Shown: positions 1-11,918 of the stretch, in pieces
Layout of the letters: each line of letters opens with the position of its first letter
How positions within the stretch are numbered: position 1 is the stretch's first letter
Origin: Marsupella aquatica
Lineage: Eukaryota > Plantae > Marchantiophyta
Direction of reading: 5' to 3'
DNA: 64,000 bases
NCBI GenBank assembly: GCA_973895155.1
Contig: OZ316896.1
Span: forward strand, 6,748,166 to 6,812,165
Translations under genes and position numbers: made by a program
The notes under the pieces: model-generated
What the model saw: only the letters and a program-made list of their open reading frames with translations
Database searches by the model: none
Told to the model about the DNA's origin: nothing

Positions 1-801
1 AGGTATACTTTGTGTTCCGCCGCCGGAACGTACCTTAAGTTGATAGCTTGATCGACCCCAGCTTAAGAACTTCTAAGCCTTCATGCTATCCGCCCTCAGA
101 TCCGATGATACGGGTATCCAACCCGGGCTCGCAACCATTTTCCGTAGATCAACCTATTCATTAAAAGTGTATTTTCTTTTGTTCACAAATCAGTCTTGAA
201 ATTTACACTTTCATGGCCCCAAATGTACACTTCAAGATGCCCAAATGTACACTTTTGTGTCCCTAAATGTACACTTTATAGGTCAAATCACATTAGTATT
301 ATATTAATAAATAATATATATTATATTATTTAATAATTCACAAAGAATTGTAGGATAGGGATGATACTTATAAAAATATTTCATCCCCATTCAAGGACCA
401 TTGATAACGTGTGAACAAAAGTACATCATTCCAAATAGATTATAAGATAATAATATACAATTATCTGCCAATTTACAATGAATACGAACCCATTTCTACT
501 ATCTAAGGGGTTTAGCATGAGTCAATTAAATCTCTAAACCAAATGCTCGCTACAATGTGTATTTGAGCATGTGCCTCTATCTCCTTTCCTATCTACCCTA
601 TTGTCATGGTTGCAATGCCCTTTATTTTCAAGGAGTTGAAATTTGGTGGTGGTGTTCCTAATGACTATAATCTCCCGCAAAAACTGTCTGGGATTTTCTC
701 TATATGGACCTGAATAGTCCCTTCCTAAAAATGATTTAGCAAGTGAGGTACAAGTGCATTGTCAAGTTCCGACTCAGGATGTAAACTACATATCCGGTGC
801 T

Positions 802-1663
802 TTACATTCCAAGGAATCTCATTGCTATTGAGGTCCAACACACTATGCGTAAACTGTGACTTCCAAATTTTTGCTGCATATCTCTTGCTAAGTTGATCAT
901 AAGTAATCTCATTTTGGCCTTGTCTCTCTTCATGTGCAAAAGAGACCACTTTGGAGAGCTGAGAAGAAGATAACATTGAATGTCACTTGCATGTGATAGT
1001 TTCTCAAGACATGGCCAAAGAATTGCTAGAAGAAAATTATCTCCACGATTGGCATGCGTGTAGGGCACTGGAAATAATCCGGTCATGTCCGGGTTGGCAA
1101 ATGCCTTAAGGGGGGAGTCATCCACAAGGAGGGTGTTGGTTTCATCATATAAATTTCCAAATGCATTTCATACAACAAAAAATCCTTTAGTAGCACATTT
1201 GCCTTCCCATTTGTAATGTCACACCTTTGAATGCCTGTGTCAAAAGCTTCCACCTGTGTGAATACAAACTGAAGTTTTGACCTCTCCTCAGCAGTGAACA
1301 TCATGTTCAACATTTTCATTGTTCATGGTACCCAGCACATGTCCAAATTGCAACGTCAAATCTATCAAAAACCAACTTTAGAAACTCATGGAGCCCTGGT
1401 TGTTCTGTATACATGCGACTAATACCATTTTTTCTATCCCAATGCACTCCACTTGAGGTGACAATGTTCCTGGATGTGCCCTTGCTTTGGAATTCAACAG
1501 AATCCCAAAGTATTTTATTAAGGTCCAAAATCAGCAACTTCCGCTTGATGGGACCAGGTCTCGATTCTGCAAGTGCACCAAACACCATTCTTAAAGAAAA
1601 AACCAAAATTGAACTTTGGATTAGGATTGTCTCAGTCCAAAAATACAAGACAATGGCTGACAA
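802..1663 (-). pseudogene. FCP1/NIF-type HAD phosphatase-like domain, frameshifted
   Basis: Three overlapping ORFs in different frames give KRKLLILDLNKIL...PGLHEFLKLVFDRFDVAIWT...LLKD...DDSPLKAFANPDMTGLFPVPY, the motif order of plant FCP1-homology domains. DxDxT is replaced by DLN. Confidence 0.8.
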
Positions 1664-1856
1664 AAAAGAAAATTAACCTACATACCGTTTTTAGAAGCCC
1701 CACAATATGTAGACGGATATGGAGACTTTAATTGGTGAGCGCATTTTGTGAGACCAAGAAGTATTTTAGATTGGTATGAATAAATAGAAAGTGAAAGACT
1801 GGATTTCATTCCAAAATAAGAGATCCGTATTCATCAATGATGTTAGCACCAAGCTC

Positions 1857-2576
1857 CTATTGGATTTCAAAATTGACATCTGAAGTACTTTGTTCTACCC
1901 AATAAGGTGAAATCCAAACAGGAGTTATCAACCCCAATTCTCCACTCTTATACTCTTCCTTATTTAGAATTGATGGAGCAACATCCAATGATATTTCTTG
2001 GCCTCTATTTGGTCCACTTTTCCACACGTAACATTGTGCGTCGTGTTCAAGTGACCTCCATCCAGTTGATCCAACTCTGTTCCCTTTCTTTTTTGAGAGT
2101 GGAAGGACAACAGGACTCCCCGAGTGTGAACGAACGAACACCAATTTGTCATCAAAAGCTGAAAAGAGTGTGTCAGGACAAGTTGAAGCACTTGCCTGGT
2201 TGTCAGCAGCCATTGATGCATTTTCTCCTGGAATGATTGGAATATCAAGCAATCCGCCAGTCTTTCCCGGAGTCAATTCTTGAGTTTCAGCTTCATTTGA
2301 ATCTCCAAGCCTTGTTGCGCCTTCATCAATTAGATTGGTTGAAGAAAGATGATCAAACATATCAACCCTTGCTCCTTCCATTTGCTCCATCTGTCCTCCC
2401 AACGTTGTTGGATTGGGATCATCCTTGTCCAAGTTATCATCAACCTGAACTTCATTGGGCCCTAGAGGGATGTCATCTAAACCAGATGAACGGTTCGGTG
2501 CAAGTCCAATATCATCATCTACATTGTAAGGCTCACCTTGACCAACACGGTCATCAAAATTCTTGACATATGCCCC
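1857..2576 (-). pseudogene. Acidic low-complexity linker exon(s), probably the same gene as the flanking MTase-like and FCP1 segments
   Basis: 191-aa ORF on the same strand between the two domains, with an AT-rich intron-like gap at about 1680-1850. No recognisable domain. Confidence 0.4.
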
Positions 2577-4200
2577 CTATGATGCCTCCACGCCTTCGGC
2601 CACTTTCTCAACAACATCTTCAAACTTTGAACCGTCAGATTCAATAGCAACAGCTACAGCGGCAACAGTGGTAGCCCATTGTCGAGAATTTTCAGCAAGT
2701 GAATCACAATGGGCTTTAAGTGAGGGAACTTTCTTGCAAAGGTAGGAAGCAAAAGCTTCCACAAAATGCCTCTTGGAATGAGAGTCACAATAAACAAAGC
2801 ATTCCCGTTCGCACAAAAATGACGTCTTCATGACTTGGCCACCAGAGAAAAAATCTAGAACCAGATCTCCTAGTTCTGATAAGGATTCAATAATCCTTTG
2901 GATCATCCACGTGGGTTTGGCATGAGGATTAACCCACCCAACGCGAGTGCCAACTATGTCAAATTGAGGGTCCAAAAGCACTTTTAGGTCATCATTTTGT
3001 GTGCCCTCATTTGTTTCCTTAGCCTTCCACTTTCCCTTGTCGATCTTGCATACTTCGTAATCGACATCCTTTGAAGTATACAAGAATTTTGGCTTTGGAA
3101 TGTTGGGCTTGAAAACTTCATTCCAGTTGACGTCTTCAGCTTGAGAAATAATCACAAAGATAACTTCTTCAATCCCCCCACCCCAACATGAGTCATGAGG
3201 GTGCAGTTGATCATCTTGGGAATAACTCCCATACTCAATGTGAATGGTCAAAGATTTCTCTTGTCCCAATTTACAAAGGGCACCATGGACATTGAGTGCA
3301 AGTTGTCCAGGATGAACTGTTATTGCCACAACAATCGTGGGATTTTGTGGAAGCTCCACAATGTATTCAAAGAGAACGAGAATCTTTGCTTTAGTCCATT
3401 GTTTTTGCTGAAGCCGGCTGAAATCAACAATGGCAAGAGGGCAGGTCGGAGGAGCTTCTTGCAATGACTCTGGATCAATGGTCTTCATAAGATTGCTGCT
3501 AAAAAATGTAAACCACGGTAGGGTCCAAGAACGTGATCCTCCGCCAAATTTCTGGCAATATATATCATCTAGGCGGAATGCCAATGCAGTCGGCAAGATT
3601 GCGCTCTCCCGCGTATGATTTGGCTTTAGAAGGTTGGCAAGATAGACCTCACCAACGGCTCTTTGACACCTGCTAAACTCTGCATCAATTGCTAGCGTAG
3701 GAAGAACCTCAACTACTTTCCCCCAATTAGTATCTACCGGGAAATTCACCGCATCTTTGGTGCGTAGTCTTCAATAAGGGGACTTCAGTTTCCGCACTAT
3801 CTTCACATCTTTGGCCAACTCCTCTATAGATGGCATGTCTGATTTATTAGAGGCATCTTTCTTAAGCAATACCTTTCCTAACTTCACCCGTGTCAGTATT
3901 TTTGTGATGTCTCTCTATGAGATCAACTCACCATCAAAACAACGAAACATGGCAACAGTAATTGCTTTTTCAGACTTCTCATTTCCTTCTCATTTCCTTC
4001 TACCCCAGCTCCATTGGGAAGTTTTCCATCCAACCACATCTGGCATACCAAACACCATAACTCAAAAAGATCATTGTCCACAAAAAGTAACCAGTAAACA
4101 TTTTGACAATCCTTCCTTCCCATGGTCATTCTTGCAAGAGCCAACCAATCCTACAATTGCAAAGGAAAGTCTATTAGTTCTCCATAACTCAATTGTTTGA
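2577..4200 (-). pseudogene. Protein with a C-terminal beta-class N6-adenine/N4-cytosine methyltransferase-like domain; 5' part frameshifted and truncated
   Basis: NPHAKPTWMIQRIIESLSELGDLVLDFFSGGQVMKTSFLCERECFVYCD matches the HPtxKP..l..rii...s..GDlVlDpFxGsG......gR.fig.e signature. The upstream catalytic DPPY/SPPY is degenerate (candidate LAIVDFS). Confidence 0.65.
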
Positions 4201-4214
4201 AAGCACTCAGGTGC

Positions 4215-4397
4215 GGACTGAGACCATCCCAGTCCAACACAAATCTAGACGGTATCAGTGGAAATATTCTATTGAATGTGCATGAATTGATTTGGACTGG
4301 GACCATCCTACTCCAACACAAAACTAGACGATGTCAGTGGAAATATTCTATTGAATGTGCGTGAATTGATTTGGACTAGGACCATCTCAATCCAAAC
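4215..4397. repeat. 79-bp tandem repeat, about 2.3 copies
   Basis: GGACT.GACCATC starts at 4215, 4294 and 4373. Confidence 0.85.
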
Positions 4398-4551
4398 CAA
4401 ACTTGAAGCTCTGAGTTCAAAAACTACCATCTCAATCGTAACCACATATGGAGAGTCTACGGTATTGTACCCATCAAGCAATAAGTAACACTTTGTACCT
4501 GAAATTTTTGATTCTCTTGAGCGTTTGTTTTGTTGTCCCCGACCCTACATA

Positions 4552-4740
4552 CACTAGTAGAAACTGGGTTGTATTTAGACCCTATTAAACAACTATTCAG
4601 CACCGTTTAGGACTAGCAAATAACTGGGCGGGACTACAGTCCTTTATAGGACTGTGAGTCGTATGTTTTGTTACTAGAATCCACTGAGTCCTTTATAGAA
4701 CTACACAATTAGTCTTTTAATAGACTGGATTTTCAGTCTA
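4552..4740 (+). mobile_element. Orphan CACTA terminus of a second family
   Basis: CACTAGTAGAAA at 4552 followed by direct and inverted AGGACT/AGTCCT subterminal motifs. I found no partner TIR in the window. Confidence 0.55.
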
Positions 4741-5227
4741 TTGTTGTCGTGACATATAGAGTCGGTAGCATAAGATATCGAGACATGTATCATATGCATC
4801 CAAGTAACCCAACAAAATAGAAAACCAGAAAGATGATACATGGTTGTCCATTAACACCAAGATGAAGAAATGTTGGGGCATGAAAGTGAACCCCCGTATA
4901 GTAATACGTATGTAGCATGTGAGTAGTACATAAGAAAACCAACAGCATGCCATGATGTGCTAGGAGCATTAAAGAGTCATAGCCAATCCTCAAATGTGTG
5001 GAGGTGCCATGGAGTGTGCTGCCATAGCCAAGTGCTTGCAATGCTAAAGCTAAGACTCAAGCAGAACTGAAGTGAATGTGCAATGAGCAATCTAAGTATG
5101 TTGGCTCTGGAGTGCTCCTAACAAAGACTATTTGCTTCAAGAACAACCAGGGTTTGCTACAAGAACATTGCCCAAAGTGCTACTAAGAGGGTATAACCAC
5201 CGTGCTAGCAAATAGTAAATAGATATT

Positions 5228-5380
5228 CTCATACGAGCCAATTTTGCCTCGTACAAGCAAAATTTTGTCTCGTACGAGTAAACAAGTTCCTCGTATGAGC
5301 ATATCTATTTACTCGTACGAGTTTCTGTTTTCTTGTATGAGTTTCTGTTTTCTTGTATGAGTATTTTTTTTTCTTGTATG
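5228..5380. repeat. Array of palindromic CTCGTACGAG and deaminated variants, about 20-bp spacing
   Basis: About 8 units: ctcatacgag, ctcgtacaag, ctcgtacgag, ctcgtatgag, ctcgtacgag, cttgtatgag and similar. Confidence 0.7.
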
Positions 5381-5669
5381 CATTTTAGTTTCTTCTCTTC
5401 ATGGTATGTAGCGTCCATATATGCAATAATTGTGCGGACAATATTATGGTGGGTCCCACCATTGTACAACATCAGAGGAAATTTCTTGACGATTTCACAC
5501 AAGGACTCCAATATATTGCCACAAAATATGAAGTCGAAACAAAGTCATACAATACTAGCGCCCGACGCTAGTATTGTATTATACAAAAAGCAACACTTTA
5601 AGAACTCACACTTCTGCCCGTTAGAAAAGACAAACTACAATTGTAGCTGTTCAACGATAAAGCAACAGT

Positions 5670-8600
5670 CTACGTTCTCGTTCCCAACTGCGTATCAAGT
5701 ATGTAACGGATTTCTCCCAATGTTAGAATTGGCTGGCTACATAATGTCGAATCGAGCACATCCAGTTTGAACACATTCTTGAACACCCAATACACATGTT
5801 TGCAAGGCATGTAAGGCTTCTGATAAGTATGCCGACGGTAGAAATCCTCGCAAGAGCAACATGGGAAACAACATATCTGAACCCAATAAGAGGCGACTGA
5901 TCTCTCATGTTCATGGGTCCGGATACAAAACTGTTTCCCCGACGCATTTCCACTCGTGATCTCTCTCTCTCCAATGACGCTCATCACTTCTTTTTCAGAG
6001 GATTCAATTCTCTTCAAATGTGTTTGGGTAAGATGCACTCTTTGCAAGCATTTCTTCCCGTTCCTTGAAGCGCACCTCACAGATGGGTCAGTTAGGTTGA
6101 TCCTCTCCGGGAAAAGATTGACATCAATCTGTAACGCAAAAGGCAACGGTGCTTCAATTTCATCTCCACGGCCTTCGGAGAGAATAAGTCCTTGTTCTTT
6201 CAAAAATTGAATCTCTGCTCCAGAAAGATTGGTCCCTCTGGCAATTGGGAGATGTGAAGGAACATTGGGAATGTTCGAGACTCTTCTCCTTGTTTTGCTT
6301 CGGTGACAGTGGTTGTTGGGGCAAAACCATATCTGATCGTTATAAGGTTGCCCCCTGAACATTCTGCATCCTCTCACGGAAATTGCAACAACACCATCTG
6401 GATTCGGAAGGCCAACCTTCTTTACTCAATTTTGACATTCATCACGACTACCTCCCCATCCAAGGGTTCCGTTACACACTGGACCCGCACCCCATTTTGA
6501 GGTCCGACGCAACTGCCAGGCACCGGGAGGTACTTCACTTTCCATTGGGGAAACTGAATGACAATATGTAGTCTTGACAGGTCTTGCAGGCGTCACTGGT
6601 GGGACAGAGGATCTCGTTGCTCCACGCGTAGGTGTGTCAATGACCACAACTTCCTCAGAAGCATCGCTTTCCGACAAATTATGGACCGCATCAATTCCAC
6701 CGGCTGAAGGCGTAGAAGGCATTTTCTCGAAATCAGTGGAATGCAGGTTTATCCTTTTCAAACCTTTTATATTTGGTGAAGTAACAAGGATGGTATCATG
6801 CCTGTGCAAGTCTTCTGCCGAGACGTTCCCAGTTGCATGTCCTTTTCGTTTCACCGATCGAGTTACAACATCACCATTCAATGGAACGCTTCTTTCCAAA
6901 TCAAACTCAGCAGCGTTCGACAGGAGGAGATTGGTGGCTTCCTCAAAGAGACGCGGTGACCCCGCCAGGTCCGCCGATCTGAAGGCAAGCTCAAAAATAG
7001 TTGGGCCAGTTCCTCTGCTCAATCCCCTTTTGTATGCAGTATAAGCAGCAATTTGAGCAACCGCTCTATTTTGGTCCGTTTTGCATCCTTCAAACAGACC
7101 AACCTTTTTTTCTGTTGCCATGCTTTCATTCCAGCATGCCTAGATTCCGAACCAGTACAATTAGGAATCATCCCAGCCTCTTCGGCACTCTTGCTCTGAA
7201 ACATTGCACGCAAGGGTTTAGTACATGTAAGAAATTGCACACAAAAGTGGCAACACAATGGAAACAACAGTAGCGCCAGACGCTAATAAACTGATGATGA
7301 TATTTCCATGTAAAGAACCGTTTAACACAGAATAAAGGTAGTCCTTACATCACTCATAGTCCAAACGGATTATTAGCGCTCGGCGCTACTATTGCGGATA
7401 AGGAACTCTTCTATCTCACACATGCTTCACTAGCGCCGAGCGCTATTAATGGGAACATGCATCCTAGAGCAGTGTATAACTCACCAGTCTTATGAAGTTC
7501 CCCCATTGTCTCCATCGGACAACCCACCAAGACAGCCACCCTTGCAGCATCCGAAGTTTGCCTGAGTGACAATTGCCAGACCTCCACCAGTCATCGATTT
7601 CCCTCGAGATTCGATATGCTTTCAAGAAAGTTGGCGCGTTCCGAAGATGATCCCACATCTCCTTGTGCTCTCCGTGCTTTCCATCTTTTACACCTTCTCG
7701 GGAATGACGATGAAAATATTGGAAAAAATGAAAGGCATCTGATCTTTCTCGCTCTGGGTCGGGTACACCGTCAAAGAACACGTTTCAAACAGCATTCCAA
7801 CCAGCCTGAGCATTGTCCGCCATGAATCCCCAAATTGTAACGTCCTGTAAACCATTTTCATTGGCAACCTCTAACATCAAACGCCAGGCTCTCTCCAGAG
7901 ATTTTGCATCTTCGGCCTTTAGCTCACAAGTGAATATGGTGCAAAGTGCCCGGTAATGATGATCATATACATGGGCACTGAAAGTAAGCCAATCTGCCGT
8001 GCTTCGATGCATCACGTCAAAACTTACCCATGAACCCTCTAACGACCCATCAGGTTTCATTCTTTGGAGCAGGTCCAGACCACTCCCGTCACCTTTTACG
8101 GTCATTTTAAAGATATGAGCACTCTCGTCCCGATAGCCTTGACCAGGGAGCAAGAACCTATGAAGAAAAGGCAGTCGGATACACTTTTGCATCCTCACAA
8201 GAAATTCCAGTTCCCCTTTCCCCTTCTGATCTTGACGGACACTCCTTAACACGGATGCAAACTTCTGAGGAGATGCGACGACCATCAGGGACTCCCAGAT
8301 TTCCTTCTCTTCTTCAAGAGAGATTTCTTCAACAGAGGCCTCGCAAAATGTATTCATCAGTGTCTCAGTCGCAGAGTTTTTTATCCCTGCTGGGGATGCC
8401 ATGGGGTTTGCAGTGAATCCCTTCTCCAGATGAGACCTTGCAACCTTTTCTGCCTCCCTCGAAAAGACCCGTCGACTGGGATGATTGTGAAATCCCATAT
8501 GAACAGCTAGTCGCGACATGTGGGCCAAAGACTTAACGTCAACTTTTGCAGATGGATACATGTAGAACATTAGAGCAGGGCAGGCCTCAACGCACATCAG

Positions 8601-9484
8601 AGGTTTGGAGCAATGGTGACAAACAACTCCACCTTCGGAGATCAATTCCCCAACTTGGAATGACCCAAAAGTTTTGGGGTTCTTGCCCGCATCTCATTAT
8701 TTCAAAACTTGTTGTCTTTCCACCACGGACAAGCATTATTTCGACATTGCAGTGATCCCGTACACTGGACTTTCCCGAAATCCCACATTTTCTTCGGAAG
8801 AATATTTGAAGACGTTTTCACAATCCGAGTCCAATAATAACAATCCTTACCATGATCCATATCTTTCAAACGTTCACCTTTTGCGTTCACACAGTCTACC
8901 GGGGGTAACTCAAAAACCACATTCCCATTGTAAGATGTGGGAAGACTAGGCACTACGTGATGAACAAAATCACTCCCCCTTATAAACCGAGACAATTCAC
9001 TATGACCTTTGGATTTCAAGATTGTATCCATTGCACTCTGCCGGTACACAATCAAAGGCACAATCATTTCTTGATCCGCATTAGACTCCTTTTTAACCTT
9101 GGATGGGTAAACTGGAATCTTCTCTCCGAGAGTAGTTGTCACTTGCTTATCATCTCCAGAACTTTCCGAGAGTTCGATGACATCGAGTTCAGCCGCTGTG
9201 GGAGGACGAGTATAGGAGGCCCCAGAATCTCTCAAAACAAAAACCTCATATTCTTTCTGAGCCTCCAGAGTCCAATATCTTTGACCATGAACAACATCGT
9301 AGAAAACTGGAGTCTCCCCCAAACAAACCGACACTAACGAGATCGCTAAAATAGACTCCTTGGCGACATCAAATCTTACTCCCAAATATTCCTCTGAAAC
9401 ACGCTTTGATTCAGATGATTCGAGGACGGGAATTGTGATTACATCTCGAGTGTCCTTCCTCGTGACAACGATATTTTGAGCCAT
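5670..9484 (-). pseudogene. Mutator-like (MULE) DDE transposase with GCM-like Zn DNA-binding domain and C-terminal SWIM finger; stops and frameshifts
   Basis: DCYYW...CTGSLQCRNNAC...CHHC...C...MGFHNHP (GCM/WRKY-like); VSFD...FMAD...DAFH...CTGSESRH (MULE D, D, xxxH, E); CSCEDF...PCKHVYWV (SWIM). Intron at about 7190-7482, stop at 7785, frameshifts near 8700, 7120 and 6430. Confidence 0.8.
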
Positions 9485-9659
9485 GGCTTCAAAAGAGGGA
9501 TATGCATTTGCCCCATGTGAAATGAAATATGTTTATCATGAGATTCGAGTACGAGAAGTAAACGTTCCATTCTCATTATAGAGTCGTTATAGATTTGGAC
9601 GCACTCCATCAATGACATTTTGTTGTCTTACCAATGGCAGGATTTGGGTTCATAGTTAC

Positions 9660-9803
9660 TAGCGCCTGGCGCTACCTCTAAGTGTAAAACACTCTTGGGT
9701 GAGGACTACGAATGCCAATAATAATAGCGCCTGGCGCTACCTCTGGGTGCAAACATTCTTGGGTGAGGAGTACGAAGGCAATAAATAATAGCGCTTGGTG
9801 CTA
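9660..9803. repeat. 64-65-bp tandem repeat whose units begin with the palindrome
   Basis: Unit starts at 9660, 9725 and 9789. Confidence 0.8.
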
Positions 9804-10199
9804 CCTATTTCAATGGACTTGAAAACATTCAATGGAAGGATAAGTACGATAACGCGATACAGTACGAGTCATTAAGTTGGCACGCTTGAAGATCTCCACT
9901 GGATCTTTGCGAATCCGATCCGCCCGGGTCCAAATGTGTTAGAGAGGAAGCGTCCACGAAAGTTATATCAGAGGGTCCTCTTCGAAGTGGGTACCCAGGA
10001 CCAAGTGCGAACTCTCCTTATATCTAGTCGCTCTCCTCCGATGTCCTCATTGTCAAGCCATTCTTCACTGAGTCGTAGTTGTGGCTCATCTTTCGGGCGC
10101 GTGGTTCCCGTTCTCGCTTTCGGGCCCAGTTGTTCTTTTTGGCTTTCGTGCGCGTTCTTGTTCTTGTTCTCCTTCTCATCCTCGTTTCTCATTCTTGTC

Positions 10200-10865
10200 C
10201 TAGTTCACGCTGTTGCCCTCCTTCATGTTCTTGTTCGCGCTTCTTGTTCTCGTCCTCGTCCTCACTTTCAATGGCACCTCACGAGGGAAGGCAAAGGAGG
10301 AGGCACTTGTCCCGAGCGACACCGACCGGGAGACCCCCGCATCAAATAGCTTACCGCCTTGGCCGAATGCCAAGAGGACGACTGTTCCAATCTTGAAGAA
10401 GGGGAAACTCATCTCAAAGATGAAGAATGCCCCAACTGTGGGCCGCAGCGAAGGATCCAGTCGGCCAAATGCGAGCGGCCCGACTTCTGTTCCCGCTAGG
10501 GATATCGCACCTGCTTCAGTCGGCCGTCCAAGAGCCGACACTATCTGCACGGGAGTCTCCGTATCTTCTTCATCCACTAAGAGTGATCGTTCTTTGAGCG
10601 GGGACTCATCACCGAGCAGGCGAGGATTTGCGTGGTATGGATCGAGCGACTCGAATGACGACTCCGATGCGTACAAGCCAAGTTGGTGGGAAGACTGATT
10701 TCCCGTTGTCAGAGCGTATCGTTCGAGTGCTGGAGAGACTTGGAGGATCCATCGAGGTTGATAGGATCTGTTTCCACTCGTTTTTTTCCGATAGAAAACC
10801 CATACCGTTCCTTCCTCATATGCCGGATTTCTAGTGTACTGTAACATTTTGTATATGAATGGCAC
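10200..10865 (-). CDS. Hypothetical 221-aa ORF of the MULE-associated region
   Basis: ATG-initiated ORF with a possible donor GTAAGC near 10353. No domain recognised. Confidence 0.3.
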   Translation of the reverse strand: MPFIYKMLQYTRNPAYEEGTVWVFYRKKTSGNRSYQPRWILQVSPALERYALTTGNQSSHQLGLYASESSFESLDPYHANPRLLGDESPLKERSLLVDEEDTETPVQIVSALGRPTEAGAISLAGTEVGPLAFGRLDPSLRPTVGAFFIFEMSFPFFKIGTVVLLAFGQGGKLFDAGVSRSVSLGTSASSFAFPREVPLKVRTRTRTRSANKNMKEGNSVN

Positions 10866-11023
10866 AGCCGTTCATTTTTACCTCGGTGTCAATGCTTTTG
10901 AATTCAGAAGACCAAGCTTTAATTTTGGGTTCTACTCCCGTGTTTGCATTGTATTTCTGAATGCGAACCTGATCTATTTCTTTGAAATGGCCGTAAACAC
11001 TCGTTTGCTGTCAATGTTTTTAC

Positions 11024-11195
11024 TAGCGTTCGGCGCTATTATGAGAAATAAAGTGTCTGTAACACTGTCGTGACATGTCTTATCTCTAAAGTGTTTTTGA
11101 TAGCGTTGGGCGCTATTATGAGAAATAAAGTGTCTGTAACACTGTCGTGACATGTCTTATCTCTAAAGTGTTTTTGATAGCGTTGGGTGCTATTA
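11024..11195. repeat. 77-bp tandem repeat, 2.2 copies, units begin with the palindrome
   Basis: Unit starts at 11024, 11101 and 11178. Confidence 0.9.
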
Positions 11196-11918
11196 ATGAA
11201 AGGAATCACAAGTCAGACCCGTTCGGAGTTATTTTTACTTTTATTTCAACAAATTCTGTTCAATTGATGTGCATTTTAATAGCGCCAGGCGCTATTGTAA
11301 TTCATTGGAATATTCGTTGAATGAATGGGTTCATGTGGTCATGTTTGTTGTCATTGGACTCCGATTTCATCATTTATTTGAATACTAGCACCGAGCGCTA
11401 CTAAAGTTGGCTTGTCGACACCTGCACAAAATTGGAAAATTTATAGACAATTTTGTTGATAGTACTGCCCGTAGATACATTAAGACGGTTTTCAGATACA
11501 TTTGAAAGTATGTTGTATAATAGCGCGCTATCCACAACTACCGACACTGATGTGGTTCCAACGGTCACTTTCCAACGGTAATATTATAGTAGATTGAGGT
11601 TCACGAAACCCTTTTTGCTTTTGTTTGGGATGAAAGTCCAATCGGAGAATGCCATCTGTACTTGGGACCGTTGTAATTGAATGGCTGGTTCTATTGTATC
11701 GGTGTCTTAATACGAGGTGGAGATCGCTCGTTTGGGATAATTTAGTCCGTCTATGCGCTCAGACCTCGGACTGTACGAGTTTGTCAAGTGCGTATGTGCG
11801 TCCTTTATTGGTCCCGTACATTTTGAGACGTGATCGTCACAAGAACTGCATGGCGCGTACGACAGTGCCGGGTGGTCGAGTCGCTCTCCACGGCAACTTT
11901 TGGTTGGGTGATACGAGA

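Noticed and set aside
14-290. Short hairpin GTTCCG/CGGAAC and AAATGTACACTT repeats
   Set aside because: Possibly a TE subterminal region, but too short and cut by the window edge to assign.
9660-11195. Palindrome-headed tandem repeats as a CRISPR array
   Set aside because: The intervening sequences are near-identical rather than unique spacers, there are no cas genes, and the context is eukaryotic.
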